From: Eledone cirrhosa
Taxonomy: Eukaryota
Assembly: GCA_964016885.1 (NCBI GenBank)
Contig: OZ024741.1
Location: 381,424,001 to 381,488,000 of the forward strand
DNA length: 64,000 bases
Direction: 5' to 3'
Positions 13,601 through 27,240 of the stretch are shown here, one piece after another. The notes under the pieces are model-generated. The model saw only the letters and a list, made by a program, of their open reading frames with translations, made no database searches and had not been told where the DNA came from. Made by a program: the position numbers and the translations under genes. The stretch's first letter is position 1; each line of letters opens with the position of its first letter.

Positions 13601-15081
13601 GATGTGCTTGTTGACACTGTCCGTATTTTCAGCAGTGATATATGTATGCAGTTTGGTATTGGTAAATGTGGAGTCATTGTGATGAAGAGGGGTAGGTTGA
13701 GCAGAAGTAACGGGATCCAGATACCAACAGGTGAGATGATAAAGGAAATTGACTCTGAGGAAGGATACAAGTATTTGGGCGTTCTGGAGGCTGATGGCAT
13801 AAAGAACAAAAAAATGAAGGAATTGTTAAGAACTGAATACATTCGGAGAGTAAGGAGCGTATTGAAGTCACATCTGAACAGCAGAAATGCCATAAGCGCA
13901 GTAAATTCCCGAGCTGTGTCTATTATTAGGTACAGTGCGGGAATTCTGAGATGGAATGTTGCTGAACAAAAAGAAATGGATAGGAAGACTAGGAAGCTAT
14001 TGACTATCTACAACATGTTCCACAAGAGGAGTGATGTCGATAGACTCTACCTAAGGAGATCTGAGGGTGGAAGAGGTCTTATCAGCATAGAGGACTGTGT
14101 TCAGATGGAGAAAAACAACCTATACAAATACGTGACCTATAGTAAGGAGCCAATGCTCAGAACTGTACTGAAGGAGGGGACAGTAGGCCAGGGGATGTCC
14201 AAGGAGGAAATAACATCAAGGAGGAAGAGCAGCCTTAAGGGAAAATCCCTTCATAGTACCTTCTTTGAGAAAACTGAATTTAGAGATCCACAGACATGGA
14301 ACTGGTTGAGAAGAGGAGACCTCAAAAAGGCTACAGAAGGAATGCTAATGGCTGCGCAGGAGCAGGCCCTCAAAACGAAGTGGTTGAAGCACCATATCTA
14401 CAAGGAGGAGGCTAGCCCACTGTGCAGGATCTGTGGAGAGAGAGAGGAGACTGTGGCTCACATTGTGTCCGAGTGTAAACACCTAGCCCAGACCCACTAT
14501 AAGGGCTGGAGACACGATGTGATGGGCAGGGTGATCCACTGGCACCTGTGCAAAGTAAACAATCTACCACATTCTGAGAAATGGTATGAGCATAGGCCAG
14601 AGGCGGTGATGGAGAACATTCAGGTGAAGGTGCTGTGGGATTTTAGGATACAGACAGACAAAAAACTGGAACACAATAGACCTGACCTGGTGGTTGTGGA
14701 CAAAGAAAAAAGATCGTGCCTGATTGTGGATGTGGCCTGCCCGTTCGACACGAGAGTGCAAGAGAAAGAGAGGGAGAAAATTAACCGATACCAGGACCTA
14801 AAGTGGGAGGTGAAAAGGATTTGGAACTGCCATGAAGTCAAAGTGATCCCGATTGTCATAGGCGCACTGGGGACTATCTCCAAAGGTTTCCATGGATGGT
14901 TAAAGAAAATCGGCCCCTTCACGCTTTTTGGAACGCTTCAAAAGGCATGCTTGCTTGGAACAGCAAGAACCCTCCGATACGTCCTGAATATCTGAGGCTG
15001 CAGGTAGTGGCTTGATATTCAATCCAACGGACTTTCCAGTTAACCAACATCAATGACTGAGATTCAAGGAATAACAATAAC

Positions 15082-15167
<86 letters not shown>
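10654..15167 (+). mobile_element. R4/Dong-clade non-LTR retrotransposon, family A copy 2 (intact ORF)
   Basis: ~950-nt leader, single ORF, ~75-nt 3' UTR, flanked by (TAA)n on both sides. Confidence 0.92.
11603..14995 (+). CDS. R4/Dong-type polyprotein: N-terminal Myb-like region, reverse transcriptase, CCHC zinc knuckle, restriction-like endonuclease
   Basis: Uninterrupted 1130 aa with motifs [57 protein letters not shown]-x2-C-x8-H-x4-C, RHD, PD..D and K..Y. Confidence 0.93.
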   Translation: METRTSCDRLSPNRCPLAQQQEPDCQPNTADVGGRRRRKGARTNWTKELNRTVMQCYLKSNPKERGYRRRMHNIWNEIGLFKLDEQKLAGQARVIRTNGWISELELEELSRENGLEMAGVVCQTSEPVGNEGEEVLRTEEPPEADNDLNTEINNTWNRDTATEEMNADGLGQDSVDILNLVVDELNNDSGRPMNLRFVDRKKLKETTAKVNKVIPYLEARSLHQCNNILKATANTVRKLLGIKARGNNRQERAEPWWKKRLSGQIGEMRNDIGKLESLLNGTLKNIGTKNRLEIKYKTRSKKLNIIIEELKQRIVAKSAKIRRYENRVSQYKQNRMFDNNQKMLFGQLEGKERGNDLIPGAEQAKTFWRGIWEQDVRHNVQAGWIETVQREIGEQAHQQTDLSITVETLKGQAKKLTNWKSPGPDGVQGYWIKHLTSLHPKLTAMFNDCLVSGEVPEWLTKGTTVLIMKDRIKGNDVTNYRPITCLPVMWKLLTSIVSEEIYHHLHTNNLLPDEQKGCRKKSRGTKDQLLIDKMVMGNCRRRHTDLAMGWIDYRKAFDMVPHSWITKSLEVFRVADNIRQLLGRSMGSWETELTSTGVSLGSVKIKRGIFQGDSLSPLLFVLALMPLTIMLRKVRAGYKLGRGELTINHLLFMDDLKLFGKSEKELDVLVDTVRIFSSDICMQFGIGKCGVIVMKRGRLSRSNGIQIPTGEMIKEIDSEEGYKYLGVLEADGIKNKKMKELLRTEYIRRVRSVLKSHLNSRNAISAVNSRAVSIIRYSAGILRWNVAEQKEMDRKTRKLLTIYNMFHKRSDVDRLYLRRSEGGRGLISIEDCVQMEKNNLYKYVTYSKEPMLRTVLKEGTVGQGMSKEEITSRRKSSLKGKSLHSTFFEKTEFRDPQTWNWLRRGDLKKATEGMLMAAQEQALKTKWLKHHIYKEEASPLCRICGEREETVAHIVSECKHLAQTHYKGWRHDVMGRVIHWHLCKVNNLPHSEKWYEHRPEAVMENIQVKVLWDFRIQTDKKLEHNRPDLVVVDKEKRSCLIVDVACPFDTRVQEKEREKINRYQDLKWEVKRIWNCHEVKVIPIVIGALGTISKGFHGWLKKIGPFTLFGTLQKACLLGTARTLRYVLNI

Positions 15168-17905
15168 CAAACAAGAAAGATCAGAACCTTGGTGGAAGAA
15201 ACGACTGAATGGTCAAATACGGGAAATGAGATATGACATTGTAAAGCTTGAGTCCCTACTGAATGGGACACTACAAATCATAGACACTAAAAATAGACTG
15301 AAAATAAAGTACAAAACTAGGAGGAAAAAGCTAAATATTATCATAGAGGAACTGAAGCAACGCATTGTAGCAAAGAGTGCAAAGATTAGGCGGTATGATA
15401 GCAGAGTCAGTCAGTATAGACAGAACCGCATGTTTGACAACAACCAGAAGATGTTCTTTGGGCAGCTTGAAGGGAAAGAAAGAGGCAACGACTTGATCTC
15501 TGAGGCGGAACAGACTAAGAGATTCTGGAGAGGAATATGGGAGCAGCATGTTGAACAGAATTATCAGTTAGTGTGGATTGAGACAGTACAAAATGAGATT
15601 AGTGAAGAAGAACACCAACAAACTGATTTGAGTATCACAGTTGAAACTCTTAAAGGGCAGGCTAAGAAACTAACCAACTGGAAATCACCAGGCCCAGATG
15701 ATATACAAGGGTATTGTATTAAAGATATAACATCCCTCCACCACAAACTGCCAAGCATGTTCAATGACTGCTTGATGACGGGTGAAATACCAGAGTGGTT
15801 GACAAAAGGTACCACAGTTCAGGTAATGAAAGACCGAATCAAGGGTATTGATGTTACCATCTATAGACCTATCCTATTTCTGTCCGTAATGTGGAAACTG
15901 TTAACAAGCATTGTGTCTGAGGAAATCTACCATCACCTCCACATAAACAACTTTTTACCGAACGAACAGAAAGGATGCTGAAAGAAGTCCCGTGGTACAA
16001 AGGACCAGTTACTTATTGATAAGATGGTAATGAGGAATTTTGCAAGAGGTGGAACACTGGTCTTTCCATGGGATGGATAGATTACAAAAAGGCATTCGAC
16101 AGGGTAGCTTATTCTTGGATAACCAAAACCCCAGAGATCTTCAAGGTGGCCAATAACATCAGACAGATGTCGTGCAAAAGTATGAGGTCCTGGGAAACAG
16201 AGTTAACATCGGGTGGAGAATCCTTGGGAGGCTTAAAGATCAAGAGAAGTATCTTCCAGGGAGATAGTTTGTCCCCTCTGCTGTTTGCCCTTGCACTGAT
16301 ACCCATGACCGTTATACTGCGAAAAGGGAGAGCAGGATACAAGTTTGGAAATGGAGAGCTTACTATCAATCACATCCTCTTCATGGACGATCTTAAACTC
16401 TTTGGGAAGAGTGAAAAGGAGTTGGATGTACTTGTTGACACTGTCCATATTTTCAGCAATGATATATGTATGGAATTGGGTATTAATAAGTGTAGAGTCC
16501 TAGTGATGAAGAGTGGTAAATCGATTAGAAGCAACGGAATCCAGGTACCAACAGGTGAGATGATAAAGAAATTGACACTGAAGAAGGATACAAATATTTA
16601 GGTGTTCTGGAGGCAGTTAACATGAAGAACAAAAAAATGAAGGAATTGATAAGATCTGAATACATTCAGAGAGTAAGGAGCGTATTAAAATCACATCTGA
16701 ACAGTAGGAATGCCATAAGTGCAGTAACTTCCCGAGCTGTGTCTATTATTAGGTACAGTGCGGGAATTCTGAAATGGAATGTTGCTGAACAAAAAGAAAT
16801 GGATAGGAAGACTAGGAAGCTATTGACTTTCTACATGCTCCACACACAAGAGGAGTGATGTCGATAGACTCTACTTAAGGAGATCTAAAGGTGGAAGAGG
16901 TCTTATCAGCATAGAGGACTGTGTTCAGATTGAGAAAAACAACCTGCACATATACGTGACTGACAGTAGGGAGCCAATGCTCAAAATTGTACTGAAGTAG
17001 AAGACAATAGGATGTCCAAGGAGGAAATAACAACAAGGAAGAAGAACAACCTTCATGAAACATTCCTTCATATTACCTTCTTTAAGAAAACTGAATTTAG
17101 AGATCCACATAGATGGAACTGGTTAAAAAGAGGAGACATTAAACAAGCTACACAAGGAATGCTAATGGCTGCGCAAGAGCAAGCCCTCAGAAGGAAGTGG
17201 GTGAAACAGCATATTGACAAGGAGGAGGCTAGCTAACTGTGTAGGATTTATGGAGAGAGAGGAGACTTTGGTTCACATTGTATCCGAGTGTAAACACCTA
17301 GCCCAGACTCACTATAAAGACTGGAGACAGGATGTGATAGGTAGGGTGATCCACTGGCCTCTATGCAAAGTAAACAATTTACGACATTCTGAGAAGTGGT
17401 ATGAGCATAAGCCAGAGTCGGTGATAGAAACCGATCAAGTGAAGTTGCTATGTGATTTTAGGATACAGATGGACAAGAAATTAGAAAATAATATGCCTGA
17501 CCTGGTCGTTTTGGACAAGGAAAAAAGATCGTGCCTGATTGTATATGTAGCCTGCCCACGAGAGTGCAAGAAAAGGAGAGGGAGAAAATTAACCGATACC
17601 AGGATTTAAAGTGGGAGTTAAAAAGGATTTGGAACTGCCATGAAATCAAGGACGTCCCGATTTTCACCTGCGCTCTAGGTACTATCTCAAAGTGTTTCCA
17701 ATGATGGTTAAATAAGATTAGCCCAGCCCCTTTTTTTGGAACACTTCAAAAGGCATGCTTGCTGTCAACCACAAGAACCCTCCGAAATGTCCTGAATATC
17801 TGAGGCTGCAGGTAGCGGCTTGATATTCATTTCAACAAACTTTCCAGTTAAATAAAATCAATGACTGAGACTCAAAGAACAAGATTAATAATATTAATAA
17901 TAATA
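15168..17905 (+). mobile_element. R4/Dong family A-related copy 3, 5'-truncated and degenerate
   Basis: Colinear with ~12345-15070 but has several stops and frameshifts (ORF pieces at 15226, 16068, 16622, 17012, 17214). Same 3' UTR. Confidence 0.9.
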
Positions 17906-19085
17906 ACAATTGGATTATCTACTTAACATTTTGATTATCTATATAACATTTGGATTATCTATGATACATAAAATTTGGATTATCTACATATCTAAGCGAA
18001 TCACATGATTGGATGATCAAACTCGTTTTTAACCACGAAACCATCAACAGATCATACTGCATTACAAAAGATGAACAAAGATACAGAAATGAACTACAGA
18101 TTTCAGAAGTTTCATTTACTGCTGAAATGAAAAACACAGAAAAAGCAAAACAGGTAAAAGTGAGTGCAAAGAAAGAACTGATAGACAAACTGGCTAAGAA
18201 ATGGCAAGAAAAGCCTCTGCATACCCATCAATGGTTGGCATCCTCTGGTCTGAAATCGGAGACTGAAGTACTAATTATATCAGCACAAGATCAGTGTCTG
18301 CCAATATAAAATTCCCAAGCCAACATAAAAAATGAATGCAACACATTATGCCGTGTATGTAAAAAACAACCAGAGACCATTGATCATATAATTTCAACTT
18401 GCAGTCATATAGCTCCAACCGAATATCTAAACAGGCACGACAGAGCTGCACAATACATACATAGGATAATGTGTAAGCATTTTCACCTACCACCGTCAAA
18501 AGAATTGGTGGGAGCATAAACCATTTCTCGTACTTGAAAAAGATCACATCTCAATCTTGTGGAACTTTAGCATCCAAACAGACCGAAAAATAGATGCAAA
18601 TAGACCTGATGTAATACTGAAGGACTTTAAAAAGAGGGTATGCCTGCTAATTGCTATGTCCGTTCCAATAGACAAGAATGTATCTGTAAAAACATTTGAA
18701 AAATTGAGCAAGTATAAGGACCTAGAGATAGAAATTGGAAAAATGTGGAAATTGAGAACTAAAACAATACCAGTGGTTGTAGGCGCTCTAGGAATGCTAC
18801 CTAAGTGGTCTAATGATTACTTATCGCAAATCCCAGGAATCCCGCGTATAGAAAAATACAAAAGATAGTACTAATGGGAACTTCCCATATACTAAGGAAG
18901 ATTCTGACAATATAAGTACATCACAAGTCTAAACACCTGAAGATGCATGTGTGTGTATGTATGTACTTTCTTGAACATGGCGGACCTTGTTGTCTCTTTA
19001 GGTCACTGGTTTTGACTTGGTGATAACTCGTATGAACATAAAGCAAGATAAATGGAAATGTTATAATAATAATAATGATGATAAT
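17906..19085 (+). mobile_element. R4/Dong family B copy, 5'-truncated and degenerate
   Basis: Homologous to the reverse complement of 29660-30795 (GLKSETE, NRPDVILKD, EKLSKYKDL) and has the family B 3' UTR. Confidence 0.88.
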
Positions 19086-19790
19086 AAGCCCGCAGTACAA
19101 AGTGGGTGAAACACCATATTGACAAGGATGATGCAAGTTCAATGTGTAGGATCTGTGGAGAGAGAGAGAGGAGACTGCTCAGATCGTATCCGAGTGTAAA
19201 CACCTAAACTCACTATAAAAGCTGGAGACATGATATGATAGGAAATGTGCTTCACTGGCATTTATGAAAACTAAACAATTTGCCACATTCTGAGAAGTGA
19301 GCATAAGCCACAGTCGGTGAGAGAAAACAATCAAGCGAAGTTGCTATGGGATTTCAGGAAACAGATACAGCATACGGACAAGAAATTAGAACTCAATAGG
19401 CCTGACCTGCTGGTTTTTGACAAGGAAAAAGATCGTGCCTGATTGTAGATGCAGCCTGCTCTTCCACACGAGAATGCAAGAAAAGGAGAAGGAGAAAATT
19501 AACAGATACCCGGATTTAAATTGTTAAAGATAATTTGGGACTCTCATGAGATCAAGTTGGTCCCGAATGTCATAGGAGCACTAGTTACTATCTCAAAGAG
19601 TTTTCAAGGATGGTTAAGGAAGGTTAGTCCAGCCCTGTTTTTTGGAACACTTGAAAAGGCAAGCTTACTGGGAACAGCAAGGACCCTCCGATACGTCCTG
19701 AATATCTGAGGTTGCAGGTAGATCTTCATTTGAGCAAACATTCCAGTTATATAGCATCAATGACTGAGACTCAAAGAATAATAACAATAT
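19086..19790 (+). mobile_element. R4/Dong family A-related copy 4, old CCHC-RLE fragment
   Basis: CRICGERE, NRPDLLV, LGTARTLRYVLNI* and the family A 3' UTR. Confidence 0.82.
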
Positions 19791-19969
19791 CAATAATGTT
19801 AATGCCGATGAACCCACTATATGCTGCAGCATTGGTTATCACAGAAACATTGGTATGTAGAAATGACATGATAAAACGGGAATGGGAAATAGGGTGGAAT
19901 TGATAGTGCCACGGCCAACTTGATCAGTTAAGTTGCACGAATATATGGATACATTATATCTATTAATGA

Positions 19970-20280
19970 AATAATTGTTTCTACTTTTGGCACAAGGCCA
20001 GCAATTATCCCAGTGTATTACTGGCACTTTATTTTATCGACCCCGTAAGGATGAAAGGCGAAGTGAACCTCGGCGCGATTTGAACTCAGTCCGTAAAGGG
20101 ACGTAACTGTGCTGCAATCTATTAATGTGCTGCATCTATTAATGAAATAATTGTTTCTATTTTAGGCACAAGGCCAGCAATTACCAAGTACATTACTGAT
20201 ACTTTCTTTTATCGACCCCGTAAGGATGAAAGGCAAAGTTAACCTCGGCTGGATTTGAACTCAGATCGTAAAGGGACGTA
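19970..20280 (-). mobile_element. Two tandem SINE copies (19970-20117, 20147-20280)
   Basis: B box GAGTTCAAATC and the core are present twice. The flank ATCTATTAATGAAAT is also duplicated. Confidence 0.82.
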
Positions 20281-20788
20281 TGAACGAGAGGATTACTTTC
20301 GATAGAAGATTGATAATTTAGAGTATAATCTGAAGGTATATCTGCAGCAAGGGAGCGTCGATATAAACCTGTCGTATTTTCCTGATACACCGAGTGAAAA
20401 ATATTCATGCACTATTTTAATATTGCCTCATACTGCTGTAACATATGGAATACAAGTGGTATGATTGTCTGGTATATATTCAGTTTGTCACTTTGAATAG
20501 AATATATTCATACCACAATTCAACACTACAAAACCTTGTTCACATAATATCTAGCAGTGAATTGTTATGTATGATAATCTTTGTACTTGTCGCCTTATTC
20601 ATATGAAAATTCGCCTTCTGGTAATAAAACTTCAATTCTTCCAGCATTAGTTATTCCAATGTCTAGGAATTCCAACTGCTGTATCCTTGACTTTCTCAAA
20701 CCATGTTTGGAGTATAATATAAATTAAAATTGTCTTTTTTTAGCCAAGGTGACTTATATCCTCCAAAGTGCGATTTGGGCTTATATTT

Positions 20789-20972
20789 GATTGGCAGTAT
20801 CGGTAGAGGGTCGGAGGCCATGCTTTGCAGCAAAGAGTTACGGCCCTTTATGGTCTGAGTTCAAATCCCGCCGAGGTTAACTTTGCCTTTCATCCTTACG
20901 GGGTCGATGAAATAAAGTACCAGTAATGCACTGAAATAATTGCTGGCCTTGTGCCAAAAGTAGAAACAATTA
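20789..20972 (+). mobile_element. tRNA-derived SINE, near full length
   Basis: A box TGGCAGTATCGG, B box GAGTTCAAATCC, Nin/Deu-like core TTTGCCTTTCATCCTTACGGGGTCGAT, tail GGCCTTGTGCCAAAAGTAGAAACAATTAT. Confidence 0.85.
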
Positions 20973-22427
20973 TATATATATATATATGTGTGTTTGTGTG
21001 TCTGTGTGTATGTATGAGTGTATCTATGTGTGTATGTGTATATGTGTCTTTATACATTCGGATCCAGGTTATTACAGAGCAATACACATAATCCATTTAG
21101 CTAACTTCTTACCAACTGACTAACTAGCATCTAGTCTAGCAATTTATTAAATATCGCGATAGAAACGCTCACACTATCTCTCTTATTGTCTTTATCCCAC
21201 CCTCGTTTGAAAATTAAATGTGTGGTCAGCACCATTAAAACTATTTTCTAATACATCTTATCACTTAGAGGAAGAGCATCTGTGTTAAATAATATACTAT
21301 CCGTCTCTCCACCGCATCTGAAATTAAAAGCACGTTATTCACCTCAACTTCCCGATGATCATTTCTGCACCACAACAGCTTCTCTAATTCCAGTTGATGT
21401 GATTGTGCCCGCATGTTTGATTTCCACACATGACAAAGTAGCTGAACTTATTCACATCAACATACTAAGTTCATAAGAATTACTAGCATAGAAATAATAG
21501 TATTCTACAATTGTTGTGGGATATTTGGCATCCCTCGAAGTGAAAAGCAGTGCAACTCTGGCCTCGATCACTTCGTTTCTTTTTACTTCCAACATAATGA
21601 ATAGCTTCAAAGTTTTATTCTCACTTCATAGTGTAATATGATTAATAAGCAGATATTGAATTTAAATAAGAATACATTATCAGAATCTAAATACAGGTAT
21701 ACATAAACATTTATACATTGAAATAAGAGATTAAACATTCTCCAAATTATATATGGTTGGGCAGTTATATTATGAGTGCTTTTATAACTAGGAATGGTGG
21801 CATCAACACCGAAGGTTTATGCCGTTTGCATAAAAAATAAGGATCGGTGTTTGATCTCCACAGTGTGACAACCTGATATAATCAAGAAACTCTAAGACAA
21901 TAGTAGATACTTTTTTTTATTAACGCGTAGTTATGAATACCAGTGATTTGAAAATTGTAACAGAATTGCTCCCAATATACGTGTACTTTCGATGACCATT
22001 AGATAGAAAGCAGACTTGATCCCGGGTGAAATTAACATCGTATCGCAAATAAATTTGAACCAGATCTGTATGTGTATTTAAATAATTAGACAGAAACAAA
22101 ATTGTACTTATTTCTATTTACGTTTAGCAAAATGCAAATAGTGAAACAGGAGTCATTGTTTAGAGGTTTCAAGTGTGTGGATTATTGATCTATTGCATGC
22201 TTGACCGTTGCAAAAACAATGTGACTTATTAGAATCGATATAATTCTTACAAAAGGTTGCGTACGAAGAGCAGAGGATTTGGTCTGCTTATATACTTTAA
22301 ACAATTTTAAAAGCAATGGATATCCCTATAGACATACACTTTCACCCACACTCAGTCTGACACACCAACACACATATGCATGTATGTGAGTCTTTGTATG
22401 TGTGTTTTGCATTGTAATTAATCATAG

Positions 22428-22897
22428 GGTGGTGGATTGGTAGTATTGGTAGAGGGTCGGACACAATGCTTTGCCGCAGATGTACCGCCTTTATCGGGCT
22501 AAGTTAAAATTCCGCTGAGATCAACTCCGCCTTTCATCCTTACGGGGTCGATAGAATAAAGCACCAGTAAGACACTGGGATTGATTTAATTGAGGTAGGG
22601 TATGGAATTAGAGAGCAAAGAGCCGCAACAAGTACTGGAAATCATTCTATCTGTTGGTCAATTGGCCATCTATGGGATAAGAATAACAACATACTATGCA
22701 CCATGATAATTATTTCCTTTTCTTCTCTAAGTTATATGTCGTATTTTCTCTTCCCTTCTATGTAGTTATGGCCCTTTATGATCTGAGTTCAAATCCCGCC
22801 AAGGTTAACTTTGCCTTTCATCCTTACAGGGTCGATGAAATAAAGTACCAGTAATGTACTGGGATAATTGATGGTCTTGTGTCAATAGTAGAAACAA
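22428..22897 (+). mobile_element. Two SINE copies (22428-22590 degenerate; 22763-22897 5'-truncated)
   Basis: Same boxes and core as 20789-20972. Confidence 0.75.
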
Positions 22898-24749
22898 ATA
22901 TGTTGCTCCCCACTTCATTCCAGTCACTTAACAAGGGAACTTAAATATACCTTCATTCCCGTACTTTGTCGATTTGATAAATTTTGGTGCAACGGAGACA
23001 GCCAAACACACACACACACACACACGCGCGCCGGCGCGCGCGCACACACACGTATACATACACACACACACATATATATATATAGTACATACAATCATAC
23101 ATATGTACAGGCATGACATGCAAATAAGATGTCAGTGACAGTATATGCAACAAAGATTGATTTATCATGTACCGATAGTATCGGTACCAATAATATAGAT
23201 GATTATGTTCACTTGACTACAGCATTTCCATAAACATATACAGACATGCGACAAATATACATGCCCCAGTTCATTCTACCGAAAATATATTTAAAGAAAA
23301 TAATTTTACTGAATCGTATCCATATGTATTCAGTTTCCCCACTAAAGTATACTCTTGAGAGCTCAGATACATGGCCAAATTTCAAAGAAAGACGAAATAA
23401 ATGTGGATATGGCTCCGTTTATTTATTTATAAATTTACCCATAACACAATATCTATTGACAGTCTAGAAATTAAAAATATTAATATTACTTCTATCTTAA
23501 AAATTGGTCCAGATAATATAATCTAGATTGGATATATTTTATGATACACACAAAATCACATACACATACCTATGCACATACTGCGTATTCATAAAAGTAC
23601 AGTTGCATATGGAAAAATCTTCTTCACTGAAGAAGTTAGCCAAAACCCAGCACTTTTTAGTTTTATCTAGATTTCAATGGCCATTTAGCGTAGAATCATT
23701 CTCATATAATCACAGCATATTAATTTATAGGTTTTCCAATATCTCTGAATTGCACTTGAGATAACCGTCCTACATGTCTTTAAAATGATTCTCCAGACAT
23801 ATACAAATTATAGTACAAGAGAGAGAGAGAGAAAGAGAGAGAGTGTGTGTGAGAGAGAGAGAGGGAGAGACAGACAGACAGAGGGAGAGAGAGAGAGACT
23901 AATTTAAGTTATCACAATATATATGTGCATGAGGCTTCTGATTCTCAGTAGAAATGCTCAATGGACATTTGTTCAAAGCATCAATAATTCAAATTAAAAG
24001 AGAGAAAGTGCCATAAATCATTTGAGAAACATAATATTTCGTACATATATAAAGTGCATATATAAGTATTTAGGAAAAAAATACATAGTTCATGATGAAT
24101 AACTTCTTCTTTCCTTATGGTACAATTTCATGGTTCGTAAACCGCTTCAAATGTCGATCTAAGTAATTGATTATCGATCACCTATTATTGGTTTGGTAAA
24201 GCTAAGTGAGACGCGAACCAATCATCAGAGCAATTGGTGTTTGGTTAAGTTCCAATATAGTATACAGCACAAAGTATATTATATATGTTGGGATTCAAGA
24301 GTTAGGCCAAAACAAAGTCAGCATCGTTTGAGAAGGTTTTAGATATGAAGATAGATTTAAATAGCTTGAGACGTCTTATGCATTAGAAAGAGATGCGAAG
24401 TACTAGTCACAGTGTAAGTAGCTCAACAAAATTAGTTAGGCAGTTATATGCTATCCCACTTTATCCTGGAGGTCGGTTGCAACTGCCAATTTTTGGGGCT
24501 ACTTTCGCTTTAGGTAGCCTCAAGTTGCAGATAAATAGATATTGATCAGTTGACAGCTCAGAACCTCTCCTAACATGAAACTCCAGCACAGAATCATAGA
24601 GATTAGAAACAATAACAAAATCAATTATTTATGACATAGACCTCCAGCTCAGTTTTACATTTGATAATCATAGGGACTGTGAAACTGGTAAAGTAAATAA
24701 ACTCCTGTTGTCTTTTCAATTTCTTACCTTACACACACACACACACACA

Positions 24750-24835
<86 letters not shown>

Positions 24836-26124
24836 TATATATATATAATTGCATGTGTGCGTGTATGTGTATATTTGTCTGTGTACGTGTCTTCCTTGTA
24901 TCTATGCCCCGTTAAACAATATATTTGACTAGTAACGTTATCAATCATGACAAGATATATAAGAAACTAATTTGATATCACTGTACATAGAAATCAATGA
25001 AGTCTCTCAATAATTTTACCTGCCATTTTGTTGATGCTTTTATGATTGCATTTACACATTGTGTGAAATAATGTGTCAAACATAACAATGAGTGGTAGCT
25101 GAGCAAATGAGGGAGAGAATGATATACTGCCAGTTAACATGAAAATTAGTGAATTTGAAGGCGTGAGTTTTAACCGATGTGCAAATCAAAGCGGTATGTG
25201 TCGATTGTTCATGTCAGCTTTAAATATACCCTTCTTCGTGGTATGCAGTGTGAAATATAATTATCTGGTTTATATTCTTTCTAAATGAACTAATTATATC
25301 CGGCAACTTACTTTATGAATGCCAATTCCGAATATTCTTTGATTTTCATAGTAAACAAAGCACATGATGATGTTAATAATTCTGTCTCCTTTTCCTCGGT
25401 GGATGCGAGTTATCATTCATTTCGAAATATCCAATACTATATACTCACTCAACATGTCTTATTTGACAAGCCAACCCCCATTATTTCTACTATAAATGCT
25501 CAATTAATGTTCCCACATAGGCCTTTGTCACGTTAGAGAAAAAATTATTTGAATTTTGTTTCACCATATTAATTCCCATGGAGACTGTACTAATTTCTAA
25601 TTTTGAAACCCTATAAACGCATTTACTTAATTTAACAACAAATGCCGCTGTGATTTGTGAAGCAAATTCATACCTCATTTTAAATGGTCTGTTAATTCTC
25701 ATTTGAATTGGAATTTAATTTAGTGCACGGAAGATGGAATATTTATGAACACATTTCAAAGCTATTTTATTACACAGTAATGTCTGTAAAAATCTCATCA
25801 GCGACTACAATGAATTGGAAGTATTATCAGCCCTAATATAATCAGTGGCAACATTCCTATTGCTGCATTGTAAATGTGTGATTTTATTGTCATTGAAATT
25901 TCTATTTCCTTTGGGTTTTCGAAATCTTTTGTTTTCAACTTTCACTTTATTATGTGATATATTATCATTATAGCCAATATTTTATGAAAAATACTTTAAT
26001 ATGTAGATTATATGGAAGTAGAAAAGTAGAAGAATATATAGTTTGCTTTTTCATGTTTTATCTATCTTTGTTAATTGTAAGGTAAAATTTCTCTGAATAA
26101 AAGTAAAAATATCTACTATATATA

Positions 26125-26195
<71 letters not shown>

Positions 26196-27240
26196 CTGTC
26201 TGTGTCTGTGTGTCTGTGTGTCTGTGTCTGTGTATATGTGCGTGTATGTGTGCGTATGCATACTTAGATATATACATATAACAAAACAAGGGAAATAATA
26301 AGCGTAATGTTTAACCACTGGAATTTGAACCAGTTTATTTACATAGTTGGTGTGCTTCTCATATATTGAGCTTATGTATATCTCTCTGGATATGTGCTTT
26401 CTGAAAGTTTATCTTCTCTCGAGTATCTTGGTGTTATTAATTAACTTAGAATAATCAGATTCTACATTCAATGTAAGCTAACTGTAATGGGAAAATGAAT
26501 GCATAATTAATTAGACACAGTATTACAACACAATAACTTTAGCTGATAATAGAACTCCAGTTCTATAGATATGAATTATTATAGCTCTCTCATATTTATG
26601 TAATTCTGGAATTAATGGAAAAATGTATCCTCCCAAATACTTGGGTATGAATCACTGAATATTGTTAGTTTTCATTTTGATATGATATTAATTATTTCTT
26701 GAAGAACAAGAATATCAGAAAATTGAATTTGACTACCCATTAGTTTATACACATGCATGACATATAACATAAAAATGAGCTCATAACATTCTGTGAAATA
26801 TCTTTGACGAATACCTTGTTATAATCAACATATGAGATTTATTACTCTGGGTCACCTTCTGCATGAGAAACAATTAATACATTGGTTGCAAATTTAATAG
26901 ATTAAAATCACACCCGTAAAGAAATGAAATAACCTTCATTTTAGTGACAAAGTATTGTCAATAAACGTAGGGAATACCATCTGCCCTGGAATTAATTACA
27001 ATTTATTATATGTCAAACACTGTTGAGAGCGAACAACATATTTGGTAGTGCGATGACAGTGCCAAGGCAGTTTCAGTTTCATAGGGCCTCGGAAGGAAAA
27101 AGTAATATAAACTTTTTCGCGGCTCTTAGATGATTGGGTTCCATAACCAGAAATCATCATTAATTACAAGGATTTTTTCTTCTTGCTACCTATGTAATTT
27201 TAATAAAAAAACAAAACAATAATTGTTGACAAACATTAAA

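Noticed and set aside
8824-14922. Antisense ORFs overlapping the Dong reading frames
   Set aside because: They are shadow frames of the coding strand with no recognisable motifs.
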